DNA from: an uncultured Gemmataceae bacterium | GTDB lineage: Bacteria; Planctomycetota; Planctomycetia; Gemmatales; Gemmataceae | Reading direction: 5' to 3' | NCBI GenBank assembly: GCA_963750165.1 | Contig: CAVVPN010000003.1 | Span: 2,944,001 to 3,008,000, forward strand | Length of the DNA stretch: 64,000 bases | In this document: in pieces, positions 44,501 to 51,800 of the stretch | How the letters are laid out: each line of letters starts with the position of its first letter | Numbering within the stretch: the stretch's first letter is position 1 | The notes under the pieces: generated by a model | What the model saw: the letters and a program-made list of their open reading frames with translations, nothing else | Database searches by the model: none | Told to the model about the DNA's origin: nothing | Translations under genes and position numbers: made by a program

Positions 44501-45271
44501 AGACGAGTTATTCAGGGCGGCTCCCGAGGTGTTGACGCAGTCCGCACCCGTCGAAGCGTTCACCAGCTCGATGGCGAAACTCGGATTATTATTCGCGTTC
44601 GGATCGGTGATGGTGGCGGTCAAGTTGGGCGCCCACTGCTGCCCGCCCGAAATCTGGACATACGAGCCCATGACCGTATTGGGGGAGCTGCTGTTGGTCA
44701 GGGCGGCGACATTGGTGTCGGCCCCCGGGACGGTCACCGGGACATTGGTCCAGGTGGTGCCATCCGTGGTGTATTCGAGCTGCAGCTTCCCTTCACCCTG
44801 AGTCGTCGCATAAAAATCGAAGCTGACGTTAATGGAGTTGTAGCCCACGGTGCTCGCGGCGAACTCGGCGCCCTGCGTGCCGATCGGCGCCTGGCTCGAC
44901 CAGCCGTTGCCGGGGCTCTGCCCGCGGATGCGCCAGATCTGGGTGGTATCGGCGAGCCCGTTGCTGCCCGTGTCGCCGGTCGCACCCTGCGTGACATCGT
45001 CGGTGTTCGTGCTGGTGGTGCCGTTGTACGAGTTGGTCATGCCCAGCCCGCTGGCCGTCCCGGTCCCGGTCGAAGGCGTCGGGCTGTTATTCACGGCGAT
45101 CGTGTTGTTCTCGAACGTCCACTGCGTGACCGTGCTGGGCACGACGCGGTCTTCCAGGGGTTCGACAAACAGGCGACCTTTGCGGATTTCCGCGAGGGTC
45201 CGCTTCTGGGTTCTGGCAGCGGTCTTGGAGGACTTCTGGAGGCGATTGAAGAGGTAATTCTTCCAGGCCAT
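29507..45271 (-). CDS. Giant secreted multidomain surface protein (~5250 aa): Ig-like repeats, four beta-propeller-like units, PKD-like repeats, three cohesin-like and two dockerin-like modules
   Basis: Uninterrupted 15.8-kb ORF. N-terminal RLFVEPLEDRVVPS export motif; T/G/S/N-rich; Ig-like PTG.V.F...TAVY.GD repeats; WGDG repeats. GGAG 5' of ATG 45271 (alternative start 45286). Confidence 0.93.
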   Translation of the reverse strand: MAWKNYLFNRLQKSSKTAARTQKRTLAEIRKGRLFVEPLEDRVVPSTVTQWTFENNTIAVNNSPTPSTGTGTASGLGMTNSYNGTTSTNTDDVTQGATGDTGSNGLADTTQIWRIRGQSPGNGWSSQAPIGTQGAEFAASTVGYNSINVSFDFYATTQGEGKLQLEYTTDGTTWTNVPVTVPGADTNVAALTNSSSPNTVMGSYVQISGGQQWAPNLTATITDPNANNNPSFAIELVNASTGADCVNTSGAALNNSSGNWRFDNITISGTPVVANDSTSTAINSISPTTSTFGSPVAFSATVTDTSDSAPPTAGSVQFKDTTSGTVLATATTNTTSTNTTTFTVTSSSVPPGQYTSVEAFYIPGTGFNASNSAAFGSNVTVNQAPSITSPSSTTFNAGANNSFTVTATGYPTAITYAETGTLPAGVTFNTGTGVLSGVPTQAGSFPLSFTATNSAGTGPAQGFTLTVIAVPLAPSFALAQWSFENNTIAVNNSPTPSLGTGTASGLGMTNSYNGTTSTNTDDVTQGVAGDTGSNGLADTTQTWRVRGQSPGNGWSSQAPIGTQGAEFATSTVGYGGPINVSFDWYATTQGEGKLQVEYTTNGGTTWTNVPVNVPAADLSSVTAHTNSSSPNTVVGSYVQISGQNWAPNLSVSITDPAAANNPNFAIELVNASTGADCVNTAGAALNNSSGNWRFDNINISAYKQYTPGNLVVLQAGDGVASYNAQAPLFLNEIGTTTAQTSLIAITGTTADSMGNVTVTTGPGTQNFSVGQYVQVSGVQVGSTINSAYNGVFAVASVNNAGNMFTYADPAAAGLAAGTPAPLTSGASGGAWAYAVVQQDSIPAVTGAGAQAGNQPITIDLSAAAGNGQLNRSADGGALSFDGIDSTVNNGGLTSPSTPTGQNNRVVAVLAGNPGTALATTTPNTPSLTSSFYNSTTQGAFYVGDDNRGSVAATPVGPIWTAGHPNQAGGAVSQGIHYFPTEGPSPGTQASASTNIRGITIGFDGRVYGSTASMTAGATILNTAGIFTEAQAQPTGPTPANDIQVVPALFGASKLGGIYVADVNGDGIVDNGDRLYFVDDGTVGHAGTGGIYVSVWNDAITWNPWNTPNNVAAAAAGFVNHWSVPVRLGDAPIQVGAGGVGQLRGITGTVLPSGVVQLYTTAYDNTATSTSSDNSLVQSWTDPNTGNAITRATESGTTVTLTFATNVAPAWLNQMIQVDGVVVTTANSNGLGGAAINAGYNGIFQVLSVSGNTLTYTDTNSGASNLAEIDNAGAADPTLTGTVIAEVNAGSDNITNTSSPGYFGDVALRGVAFAPVAATNVVLSQAPTNPLNPGTAVTLTATLSNPESGVNLNGEVVTFIDQNTNTILGQATVGASVSNEAILTLPSGVSGNHYVQAYFAGGGVQALAPARSNTIQIIEDGDYDTLTVLTSNLSAAAVGKQVTLTATVTTDVAGDHGATGTVSFYLGSVTPANLLGTSSLNATTGIATLNTAFATAGTDTVIAIYNGSNQYESGEQSNIPVTINVAANATATFSSSANNVALNATPTYTVSVAGNSTVGNPAGSVIFTLTSATTGAVIGTSSAIALTGSGNTTTATWSNAPALSQPGSYFVTLSYTPSGTSGYNAFTVDTTGSTSGTAFVETVKQAFTPGNLVAVQRGDGNINLGSSGYLVFLDEYTTSGTLVQRIALPNLDAGTTHALLLSGQNGGEGLLNRSANGAYLTVAGYDVPVGRTFLTSTFPYQFPRTIALVDGTGGVNTTTAIGVANPTGSGVPASIKSATATGTGTGQTVTITLNSSNFFMAGQTVTISGITDGTSGTAYDGTFTITAASGTTLSYVDPNNISSTSPTVSSATAASPASVPYNPTDVVSYDGSQFYLGSNLPVGDTTDSGILYVGSVGATTATQIGPVNTGSASIGIAGGQLYNTTGGGHTTAVGTGLPTTIGQTLTPLPAFSQNYNLFYPGKENAEEVLLLNTADGSTNNPNVAYVADQANGLLKFWLNTPATISTLSDDGTGLVTVTTTAANTLVSGQFVQITGASDATFNGTFLITVTDNMHFTYQRTSGAVATATGGTAAQWVYGGFDTSTGMYDGTFGAKLISAGGVTAVTGYVVNPGTATAKIQLYVTGVNVQQANPNQIDAYLDTNGAAPLSGTTGVDQGFGFNGTSPNRVFTNLAFVGGAPTTNPTSPNANMNFSGLAFVPGYATSTAVAVTGNATAGYSVTATVTDPTGGANVPTGAVYFYLDGSSTPYGSALLNGGVATLTIAAGALSGEHSFTAVYQGDVKDDQSTGVSGQAFGAGNLIATVGTVGSNANATATSVSEFQTTGGAAVQTIYLPTSGAGELTLKGTNPVVSGVTIPEGLVSDSADGHTASLAGYLVDAGASTSGAASAIALLQANGSVSTATQIASSDIGGSVKAAISADGLGFWVAGSNYLRYVPFGNSASTPSVLVSNYYPGANTVEIQPGNGQTGTAAQAGQIYITGAAGSPGGGLSSIDGPAQVLGGLATVAGQAETTLGNGGGTDFNTGRDAFGNFPATGQIAVSPNGRTIFVADSRTDSLGGILEYYDTLGSGQWNLVGQAQVDATADGGLQGLVVDFSNVSAPIIYATTTAASGNRIVEITGGTTNGSAPSFVFTTVETAAAGTAFRGVAFAPQAAGTATSTTMAQVTTTPPGTYADSTTNVVLSATVTGSGPTPTGYVSFQTSTGVEIGSAPLVNGTATLAPVSDLLVAQSGTITAVYTGDSFYASSSDNSQMATVAQEATTTTVSAQFATVTTTTSDTFTAQVTFTGSNAVLTGTVQFWRDATSTGAGGTKIGSAVNLTPTIVNGVLEFLATASGTLPSAGSPHNIFAVYTGDNNFVGSQNAAGSPAVTVVVAPTITVATSNANPGNNGASVMETVTVSGSGGTPTGYVQFYDNLLPIGSPVMLSGGTASVGLTTAVLQGTDTNGNQFLLPGIQSITAVYSGDGTYFQGMGVYQQAVQTNAFGVGDKFVQRIGDGITSLNAPTGSTVQGAIGSTIYIDEITTAGTIVQSIILPANDGTGTQNTIHAIVGNGQQSTTEQMTVDGANSALWLTGYDTNPLLGVTVSTTGVVSGQGTLAPGIPTVSGSIIRAIARVTTAGAVADETFTKGNSGSGFGNFNAVFSPDGNQFYLAGDGDMTYFANFTPSSSTVSPTATIDTTQTGTVTALETEAGNLVMVSPPGFGNDGPQVFSGFPTSAQSASNLPGFSDAAALAGGQASTFFVDAYFTHLDNTAGPGGTSTAPVGINTFYLSDDGPSFAMGAITKWSLVDGTWMVTDHITAPGAAPNPISYYYISGQTLSEGPGSSAVGNVTLYVTYGNGGNADPGPGQLFSITDDSGYDAVGLTDPIIYQTGTSSNMVYRGVASFSMTDLSGSGMPVTATQNTPATNVQVATFVDSDITTMAAAMAEVGTYSVSINWGDGTATSAGTVSIVSTSGSGTTFAVTGTHTYTVPTASGHSYAVHVTINDPDQPTALLLSTTATVAYATTPFNVLTGTGTPIINKLINVSFTSQVGTFTDVIPFGGSANPVSDYTAMITWGDGTAASVGTITLGSANGNVQTYIVTGTHAYGVSTAPGAAFPVSFTITSSLGNANPLTVNTTAKVLDAFDTGDLTGTGVNVSANATQSFSGPVATFTDPAQYGGTAEPANSYLVTINWGDGSPLDTTSGVVTITNNTTGAYSVAGTHTYATSGSFTVTTTVMEIASPEMATMMSTATVTSSSIMTSTTITDLGPNPSLNFGSTVQAVPFLVHVTSTSGSVTGDMVSLSDNGVAISGATGTLDASGNATITLSSAAVLTVGTHPISANFAAQGSFGPSASGPVNQVVTSTFQVNSATVSGNYVQLVFDGPIDPNTTQLFYSPGATAVAPDVTLTGPSGSVKGSLLIDATHPNVATFVATAGELAPGNYTVAVTNSVKAVGGATLASNYSQALTVASPVLTPVVTAAFVARGPGQTVNIPNSSTGLPITLSGITSAVQSLSFTLTYDPTLLSVTAATLSTDAASNGNLVLNPISFTSIDAHHMLITFTIVGGSGGGHWNPTGGTGTLLTLTATVPQNAPYTDKALLATQSVVLNGTAAQGDDAIDVNAYQGDIDGSHTYTGLDASLIDRVSVGQGTGFSVFKDLDPWIIGSVTASGTLGVTGLDAADVDKAAVGSFPSVIPQPPTGFTITGPLGPDPRLYLAAATGGDGQTVTVQERFNVSGADPSTEIDAIDSVIEYDPSKFTVSNIRAGSLLPGFSVTTNVDAVHGVIRVSEFTANPAQAPNPTDGDVLLLDFTVNSSAPLGPSPLKLAASYTDANNTSTTTAVYNATSALTLGPAPQNPSTLPLSGSTVSPFVTNVDNYFSVVGHSGTEGFPANTTATAGGTVTIPINFSNGPVPFNIAAVDNAIKFNPLLLQVTNVTVGSLLTGFSLTTNVDNTNGVLRTSEFTANEAAVSGGQVGAVLQITFAVNGSASGSIPLYILQSYTDSNNTTTTTAVYDDNGAITLTPAPQGTGSNPVFVTGVDGNLNIVVQPNQPPYASLPVPAVIPEALFNPAAHAGLQTVTPNTVAFSSATGDAIIVTDSDYTASGSPETTTLTLTGSPAGTSSGPVGTLTAAASGQAMVSGGGTQPLVITGSPSDITNTLSSLVYTPGPGFFGTATLTVSTTDNGNSGYGGSLTDVRSTSITVVGLFLSEIDTLKGNTTNPSQYIEVFSTVPSYTIPPGVYLTGINGVSGSTPAAGVVADIFNLSGFTTGSNGYLALLQKNEKYSSGGFEVAGGNQLDNSGTGVGFGSGNTSKFGTVTGVHTGSTRPSGQLATDILTGAESFLLIQTPTAPTTTTNIDPANTGNPSNQTSAYNGWNVLDSVGILDSASTSHAYAAITFKPTGATGTTLAGSNVVNTGTWVANYVGRIAQNTGSSGADWLGSVVTGTPSSGMFFLGSPNSTAFAGQPLNSIGGPNDWAPQLTVAVNDDSSNQHSQVAELTLTFSTPVNIVDLASDFVLKDASGNPLSINVSDPGTGATTEGASGPVPDSGATQLFVTFNADATHTFNFITPYLDQFGNTLTVGLVDGNYFLNTKVADISAASNSAVLLDGAKNGMSGSTTSGTGNLNGNGVNQVDEFWRLFGDTEGRRQVDGVDTTNFRTVNGVTQETSGMTAGITAASESNNTVTITTNGPSGFLMGEIVNIVGLPAGYNGSFVILSVNGNTFTYMAPTSGLTAVTNPTGAAATLNSYQWYLDYNEDGNIDVGNTLDQTQLINRLFTQLPA
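43175..45125 (-). repeat. Intragenic ~650-bp duplication (copies ~44470-45125 and ~43175-43835)
   Basis: Long identical DNA stretches at offset 1290 (e.g. 45001 vs 43711). Both encode W.FENNTIAVNNSPTPS...GNWRFDNI. Confidence 0.9.
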
Positions 45272-46057
45272 TGTCAGCAACTCCATAGGAGGTCAAGTAG
45301 CGGTGCATCCGGGCTCCGCGAACCCATGCCGCCACCAAGGGGATCGAAGAAACGTTGAAACGGCCGATCACTCACCCTGAACAGACCCCAGTTGAGGTTC
45401 TGGTATGTTGAAGTGAGTGTTATACTTTCGGATTGTGAGGATTTCGCAAGCATTGATTGATGGTTGGGCCAATAATTCGTTAAACCTGGTATCAGGCGTA
45501 GGTTAGGTCACGAAAAGGCAGCGCCTCGGCGCGCACGCCGGACGAGGGGCGGAGATCGATGCTGGTTTTTTGGTTGGAGTGGTTTACTTCCTTGCCAGTC
45601 CAGGTTGTCCAGTCAAGTTGCTTTGGGTGGAAGCAAGTTCGCCGGGTGAGCACACTGGCCCTGGGAGTTCAGACTGCGAGTTCGTTTACCTTACTCTCCA
45701 CCAGGTTAAACGCAATCGGTCAACGGATCGGACAATTTCCTCCCCGTGGCGGTCGCTCCGGTGGCGGGAAGTGCCCCGAGCCCATTGCGGATTTTCCCCT
45801 GGCCCAACGGTATTTACAGCCGTTCATCTGTCCCCGGCTGCGGCGCGTTTCCGTTCACTCTCACCGAATCCTCACCAGGGCTTCATCCCCAGCAGAAATC
45901 CCACAGTAAAATCATCCTGCGTCTGCTCCAGCACGGGCCGTGAACGGCGTGGGTGGATAAGCGCCATTGCAACAGCCGTTTGAAGAACCCAAGAAGTATG
46001 TGTGAAATCCACCAGGAACCCATTGCCATGCACTTGGTCCTGATTAGAGTGGGAAGG

Positions 46058-46549
46058 ATGGTTGACCAGATGGTGTTTTTTCGCTCCGGGAAACAATGGT
46101 TCTCCCCGGCGCGGCCGGTTCGCGAAAGCCTGATCGGCCCCGCCGGTTGGTGGTTGTTCGTGTTGGTTCCCCTGTTCGCCGGCTGTGGTGGCGACGGCAA
46201 GCCGCCGCTGCATCCGGTTGAGGGAAAAGTGTTTGTGGACAAGAAGCCCGCCCATCGGGCGGTGGTCTGGTTGCACCCGGTCACGCCGGAGAGCAAGCGG
46301 CCCCCGTTGCCGCACGCCCAGGTCGCGGAAGACGGTAGTTTCCGTCTGGGCACTTACAGAATCGGGGATGGGGCGGCGCCCGGCAAGTATCGGGTGATCA
46401 TTACCTGGACCGAGGCAGTCAAGTCCGGCGACGTTGCCGGCAAGAATTTGTTACCTGCCCGCTACCAGAGCCTGGAAAATTCGGGCCTGCCCGTTGTGGA
46501 GATCAAGGAGGGGACCAACGAGCTTCCGCCATTTCACCTGACCCGGTAA
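46058..46549 (+). CDS. DUF1559-associated lipoprotein
   Basis: LFAGC lipobox, HPVEGKVFVD, DGSFRLGTY..GDGAAPGKYRV, LPARY. Confidence 0.82.
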   Translation: MVDQMVFFRSGKQWFSPARPVRESLIGPAGWWLFVLVPLFAGCGGDGKPPLHPVEGKVFVDKKPAHRAVVWLHPVTPESKRPPLPHAQVAEDGSFRLGTYRIGDGAAPGKYRVIITWTEAVKSGDVAGKNLLPARYQSLENSGLPVVEIKEGTNELPPFHLTR

Positions 46550-46582
46550 CCCCACAACATCCGCCCACCAACCGGAGAATGC

Positions 46583-47509
<927 letters not shown>

Positions 47510-47524
47510 AGCAGTTTGCGAACC

Positions 47525-47577
47525 GCGCGAAGCCGCCAGACCGGCGCTGCCCTGGTCTGCCGCTGGCGGCTTCGCGC
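47525..47577. repeat. Palindrome between convergent genes (REP/terminator-like)
   Basis: GCGCGAAGCCGCCAG / CTGGCGGCTTCGCGC 15-bp inverted repeat. Confidence 0.6.
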
Positions 47578-47591
47578 ACGTCACCAGCCCA

Positions 47592-48755
47592 CTACTGCTG
47601 TTTCTGGCTGCGCTCGCGCTCGTCGTGGGCGGCGCGGCGCTGGTAATCGAGGCCGGCGAACTGCGGGTCGGTCAACAACTGGTCCAGGCACTCCCGCGCC
47701 CGCTCACCCTCGCCCAGCTTCGTGAAGCACTCCGCCAGGTAGTACAGCGCCTTGGCGTGCTCCTCCTTATCCTGGTTGTAAATCACATCGACCCACAGGA
47801 ACTGCCAGCGTGCCTCCTGCCACTGCTGGTTGCGGAAGTGGCAGAAGCCCAGCGTGTTGTACGCCGTCGCCTTGATCTGCTTGTCGGTCGTGTCCGTCAG
47901 GATTTGCTTGGCGTACTTCTCGGCCTCGTTGACCCGGTTCAGCTCCGTCAGCATCTCCGCCAGCGCCAGGTAGGTGCGCTGCTGCTGAATGCCCCTGGGT
48001 AGCGACTCGCCCAGCGTCTTCAACTTGCCGACCGACTCGCTGAAGCGCCGGGTCGCCTCCTCGGTCTTGCCCTCGGCCCGCGCCGCCCGGCCTGCTTCCA
48101 TGCCCACCTGCAGCGCCCGCAGCTGGGCGAACTTCCGCAGTTCCTCCGCCACCGGCAATTTGGCCAGCGTGCTGTACGACTCCTCGGCGTCGGCCCATTG
48201 CTTCTGTTCGATTTGCAACTGGGCCAGCGTCTTCAGCGCCGTGCTGATCTGCCATGACTTCGGGTGCTTTTTCGTGAAGTCGCGCAGCCGCGCCACCGCC
48301 GCCTGGCGCGTCGCCTCCTGACGGTCCAGGTCCGACAGCTCGACCGTCAGCACGGCGGCCTTGTATTCCAGGTGCTGCTTGGCCGCCGGGTCCGTCCCTG
48401 CGTTCAGCGCCGCGGCGCCCTCCTGGAACAGTTTGATCGCCTCGGCCAGCAGCGCCGTCCGCTTGTCCCCCTTGGCGGCACGCGCCGCCTTCTCCTTGTT
48501 CAGCGCCGGCCGCATTTTCTGAATCGACACCGACGCCGAGGCCAGTTCGTACTCCGCGTCCAGAATCTTCTCGGTCGGAATCAGCACTTCCTTCTTGGCC
48601 ACCAGTCTGATGCCAAGTGGCGATTCGCTCTTGAGAATGCCCTTGATCGGCAGCTTGGCGTCCGGCGTGTAGACTGTGACGGTGCGCTGCGCCAGCGCCG
48701 GCGCCTGCCAGCACGCCGCGGCCAGCAGCGCCAGGGCGGGAATCAAACGCTTCAT
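47592..48755 (-). CDS. Secreted TPR-repeat protein
   Basis: Signal peptide MKRLIPALALLAAACWQAPALA. TPR motifs AYNTLGFCHF...EARWQFLWVDVIY...KALYYLAECF. Confidence 0.8.
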   Translation of the reverse strand: MKRLIPALALLAAACWQAPALAQRTVTVYTPDAKLPIKGILKSESPLGIRLVAKKEVLIPTEKILDAEYELASASVSIQKMRPALNKEKAARAAKGDKRTALLAEAIKLFQEGAAALNAGTDPAAKQHLEYKAAVLTVELSDLDRQEATRQAAVARLRDFTKKHPKSWQISTALKTLAQLQIEQKQWADAEESYSTLAKLPVAEELRKFAQLRALQVGMEAGRAARAEGKTEEATRRFSESVGKLKTLGESLPRGIQQQRTYLALAEMLTELNRVNEAEKYAKQILTDTTDKQIKATAYNTLGFCHFRNQQWQEARWQFLWVDVIYNQDKEEHAKALYYLAECFTKLGEGERARECLDQLLTDPQFAGLDYQRRAAHDERERSQKQQ

Positions 48756-48779
48756 CGGGGATGCTCCTTCGGGGTTGCT

Positions 48780-48852
48780 GTCTTTGTTCGTAGTACCGCC
48801 TTCAGGCGGTCTTCGCCCAGGACCGCCTGAAGGCGGTACTACGAACAAAGAC
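48780..48852. repeat. GTAG-type REP doublet
   Basis: 32-bp perfect inverted repeat containing GTAGTACCGCCTTCAGGCGG, each arm itself palindromic. Confidence 0.85.
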
Positions 48853-48874
48853 CAACCCATTTCGCCACCGCTTG

Positions 48875-51800
48875 TTACTTCGTGAAGTTCTTCGGGATGT
48901 TGTACTTCTTCGTCAGGTCAGGCAGCCGCTCGTACAGCAGCGGCTCGGCCCTGATGAGTTCCAGAAAGCGCGGCCCGGCGACTTCCCAGCCTTCGCGGTT
49001 CGGGCTGTTCTCCAGGCGCGTGATATAATCCGCGGCGATTTTGTACCACTGCTCCTGCTTCTCCCTGGTCTTGGCGCCGAGCTTGCCGTACATGAACGTG
49101 GAGTACGTGAGGTGGTAGTAGCACTCGAAATACAGCGCCTTGTTGCGGCGCTGCTCGGCCACGGTCTTGCCGGGGTCGGACATGCCCTTGATTAACTCCG
49201 GCCGATTGATGAACTTGCGCCAGCCGATGACCGCGTTGCCGAAGCGGCCCGCGTCCTCCTCCACATGGAGTAATTCTTTCTGCCCCAGGAACTTCGCCAT
49301 CGATTGCGGGTCGGTCTGCACACCCTCCAGCACTTCCTTGGCCTTCTTCAAGTCCTTGTTCAGCCGTAACTCGGTGCCGTAAAGCACCCGCATCAGCCAG
49401 TAGCGCTGCAGCTCCTGAAGCTCCTTCTTGTCCAGCTTGTCGAGCTTCCTGGCGTGGTCGATCTTCGGCCGTTCTACCTTCTCCAGGTACTTCACCGCCT
49501 CGGCGTGCTTGCCCAGGCTGGCGTAGCTGTTGGCCAGGAAGATGAAATCGCTCTTCTGGTTGAGCCGGCCCTGCTCCTCCTTCAGCTTGTCCAGGAACAG
49601 CGAGAAGTTCTTGACCGTCGCTGCCAATTTCTTCTCGTTCCTGGCGGCCTTCAGCGTCTTGACCTGCTCGCGCAACTCGCGGATGAAGATTTCCAGCTCC
49701 GGCGCCACCGGGTCGAGGGCGCCGCGCTCCGGGCGGACACGCAGCAGCAGGCCGAGCACGTCCAGCGCCTCGGGCACCTTGCCGACCTGCACGTCCGCTC
49801 GCATCGCCAGGCCGAGCAGGTTGGCGATCACGCGGTCGTCCCGGAGGACGATGGCCTGCGCGTCGTCGCGCTGCTTGCGCAGCGCCTCGACCCTCTCCCT
49901 GAGTGGCTCCGCCTTGCCGGCGTCCTTGTTGGCCGCCAGGGCTTTCTCGGCGGCGGCGAGCGGCGGCGCCAGCCGGGCGGCCGCCGCGGCGCCGGCCTGG
50001 CCGCGCTGCCGCACCGCCGCGACCACCGGCTGCGCGATCGCCGGACTCAACACTTCCTGGTACTTGCTCTCCTGGTAAGCGACCTGACCCAGACCGAGAC
50101 GCACGCGGTAGTCCAGCGCCGTCATCGCCAGCTGGAAGTTGCCGCGCAGGTCGTCGTTCAACGCCTTGCCGGCCAGGGCGTACTCCTTCTCCATCCGCGC
50201 CGTGAACTGGCCCAGCGCCTTGTATTTGGCGACCGCCTCCTTCGTCTTCGCCTCCGCCAGCAGGCTGGCGGCCTCCGCGAAGAGCATGTTGCCCTGCTCC
50301 AGTTGCACCGAGAAGTACAGCTGCACGGTCCCCGCGTCGGTGTTCGCCGAGACGCCCTTGAGGCCCTGCATGATCTTCTCAAACTCGTCCTTGAAGTAGG
50401 TCCGGTCCTTGATCTTTTCCGCGTTCTTCTTCGGGTCGATCTTCTTGGGGTCGCGCTCCAGGTTCTTGTCGGCGTTCTTCATGCCCAGCAGGGCCGCGTA
50501 CGCCCCCTGACACTGCGCGTACTGGTAGCCGCGGAAGCTGGGGTCCAGCTTGCCGAACAATTTAATGGCCTTCTTCGTCCAGTCCACTTCTTTTTGATAC
50601 TTCTTTTCCGGGTCGCTCTCCGTGAGGTCGTTCTGCACGTCGGCCTTCTCGCGGAGACAGGCCATCGCCTGCTGATAGCGGACGATTTGCAGGACCGGTT
50701 CGCCTTTCCAGAGATCGGCGCGTTTGGTCATCAAGAAGTCAGCGAAGGCCAGGAACTGCTTGCGTGCCGCCTTGGCCTTGTCGCCGCTCATCAGCCGCGT
50801 GTACGCCTCGACGGCGTAGCCGGCGGTGGCAGCCGAGAACTTCGTCTGCACGTTAGCACGGGCGACCTTTTCACCGAGCGCGGCCGCCGCCGCCGACGCC
50901 TGCGGGGTGTTCAGCAGCAGGTAAAAATAGGTCAGGTAATACCTGGCCTCGGCGATCTTCTTGACGCGATCCTTCAGGGTCGTGTCCTTCTCGGCCATGT
51001 CGATGCCGCGGCGGAACGCCTTGATGACGTTGTTCTCGTGTTCTTCCTTTTGCTCCTCCAGTTCCTTGCGTTTGTCGCTGTCCTTGACGCGGGCCAGCTG
51101 GGCGGCGGTTTCCTGCGACTTGTACAGCTCGAAGCGGGCCTTGAGGAAGCATTCATCCGCGTTCTTGAGCTGCTCGACCGGCGTCTTCTCGCCCATGCGG
51201 CGGATGTTGAGGGCGATCTGGTAGCGGGTGGCCTCCTCGGTGAAGTCGTTGTCGCTGTCGGCGATGGTGGTGAACCAGCGCAGGGCCTTGTCGGCCAGCG
51301 CCTCGGCCGTCGCCAGTTTTTTCTTGTCCTTGACGGCCTTGGGGTTTTTCGCGCTCGCCTTCGCGACCTCCGCCTTGAGTTCGTTGGACTCGGCCAGGTA
51401 AGCGCTGGCCAGGGCGAAGCGGACGGCGATGCCGTCGGCCGTATTGTTCTGGCCGCGGTAGATCTTCAACCAGTCCAGAGCCTCCTTCTGGACCATTTTG
51501 ACACGCTCGTGCGGCGTCCCCTTGAGGTCGGGGTCCTTCATGATGTGCTGGATCTGGTACGCCTTGACGAGACGCTGGCCGGAGGCGGCCTCGGCGGCGT
51601 CGGCGTTGAGCACCTTGTTGAGGTAATACTTGGTCTTGGCGGTGTCGAGGTTTTCGCCCTTGTAGAGACGGAACAGCCAGGCGCGGGCCAGGTGCAGGGC
51701 CTCGGCCTTCTCATCCTTGCCGGCGTCCTTCTCGATGGCTTCCAGGGCCTTGCGGGCCTCGTCCAGCAGCAGAGCGCGACGGGTGCTCTCGGCCTGACGC

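Noticed and set aside
43175..45125. Diversity-generating retroelement TR/VR pair
   Set aside because: Both copies are in-frame coding domains, differences are not adenine-specific by inspection, and no reverse transcriptase is present in the window.
29471..45358. Very long plus-strand ORFs (706, 1803, 932, 1420 aa)
   Set aside because: Antisense shadows of the giant gene caused by GC-rich codon bias; no recognisable motifs.
45290..46050. Possible riboswitch (e.g. c-di-GMP) in the long leader of the giant gene
   Set aside because: No conserved riboswitch core could be recognised by eye; an Rfam/Infernal scan would be needed.
47592..48860. Extended N-terminus MGWSLFVVPPSGG... of the TPR ORF
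   Set aside because: The extension is translation of the REP palindrome; a signal peptide begins at ATG 48755.
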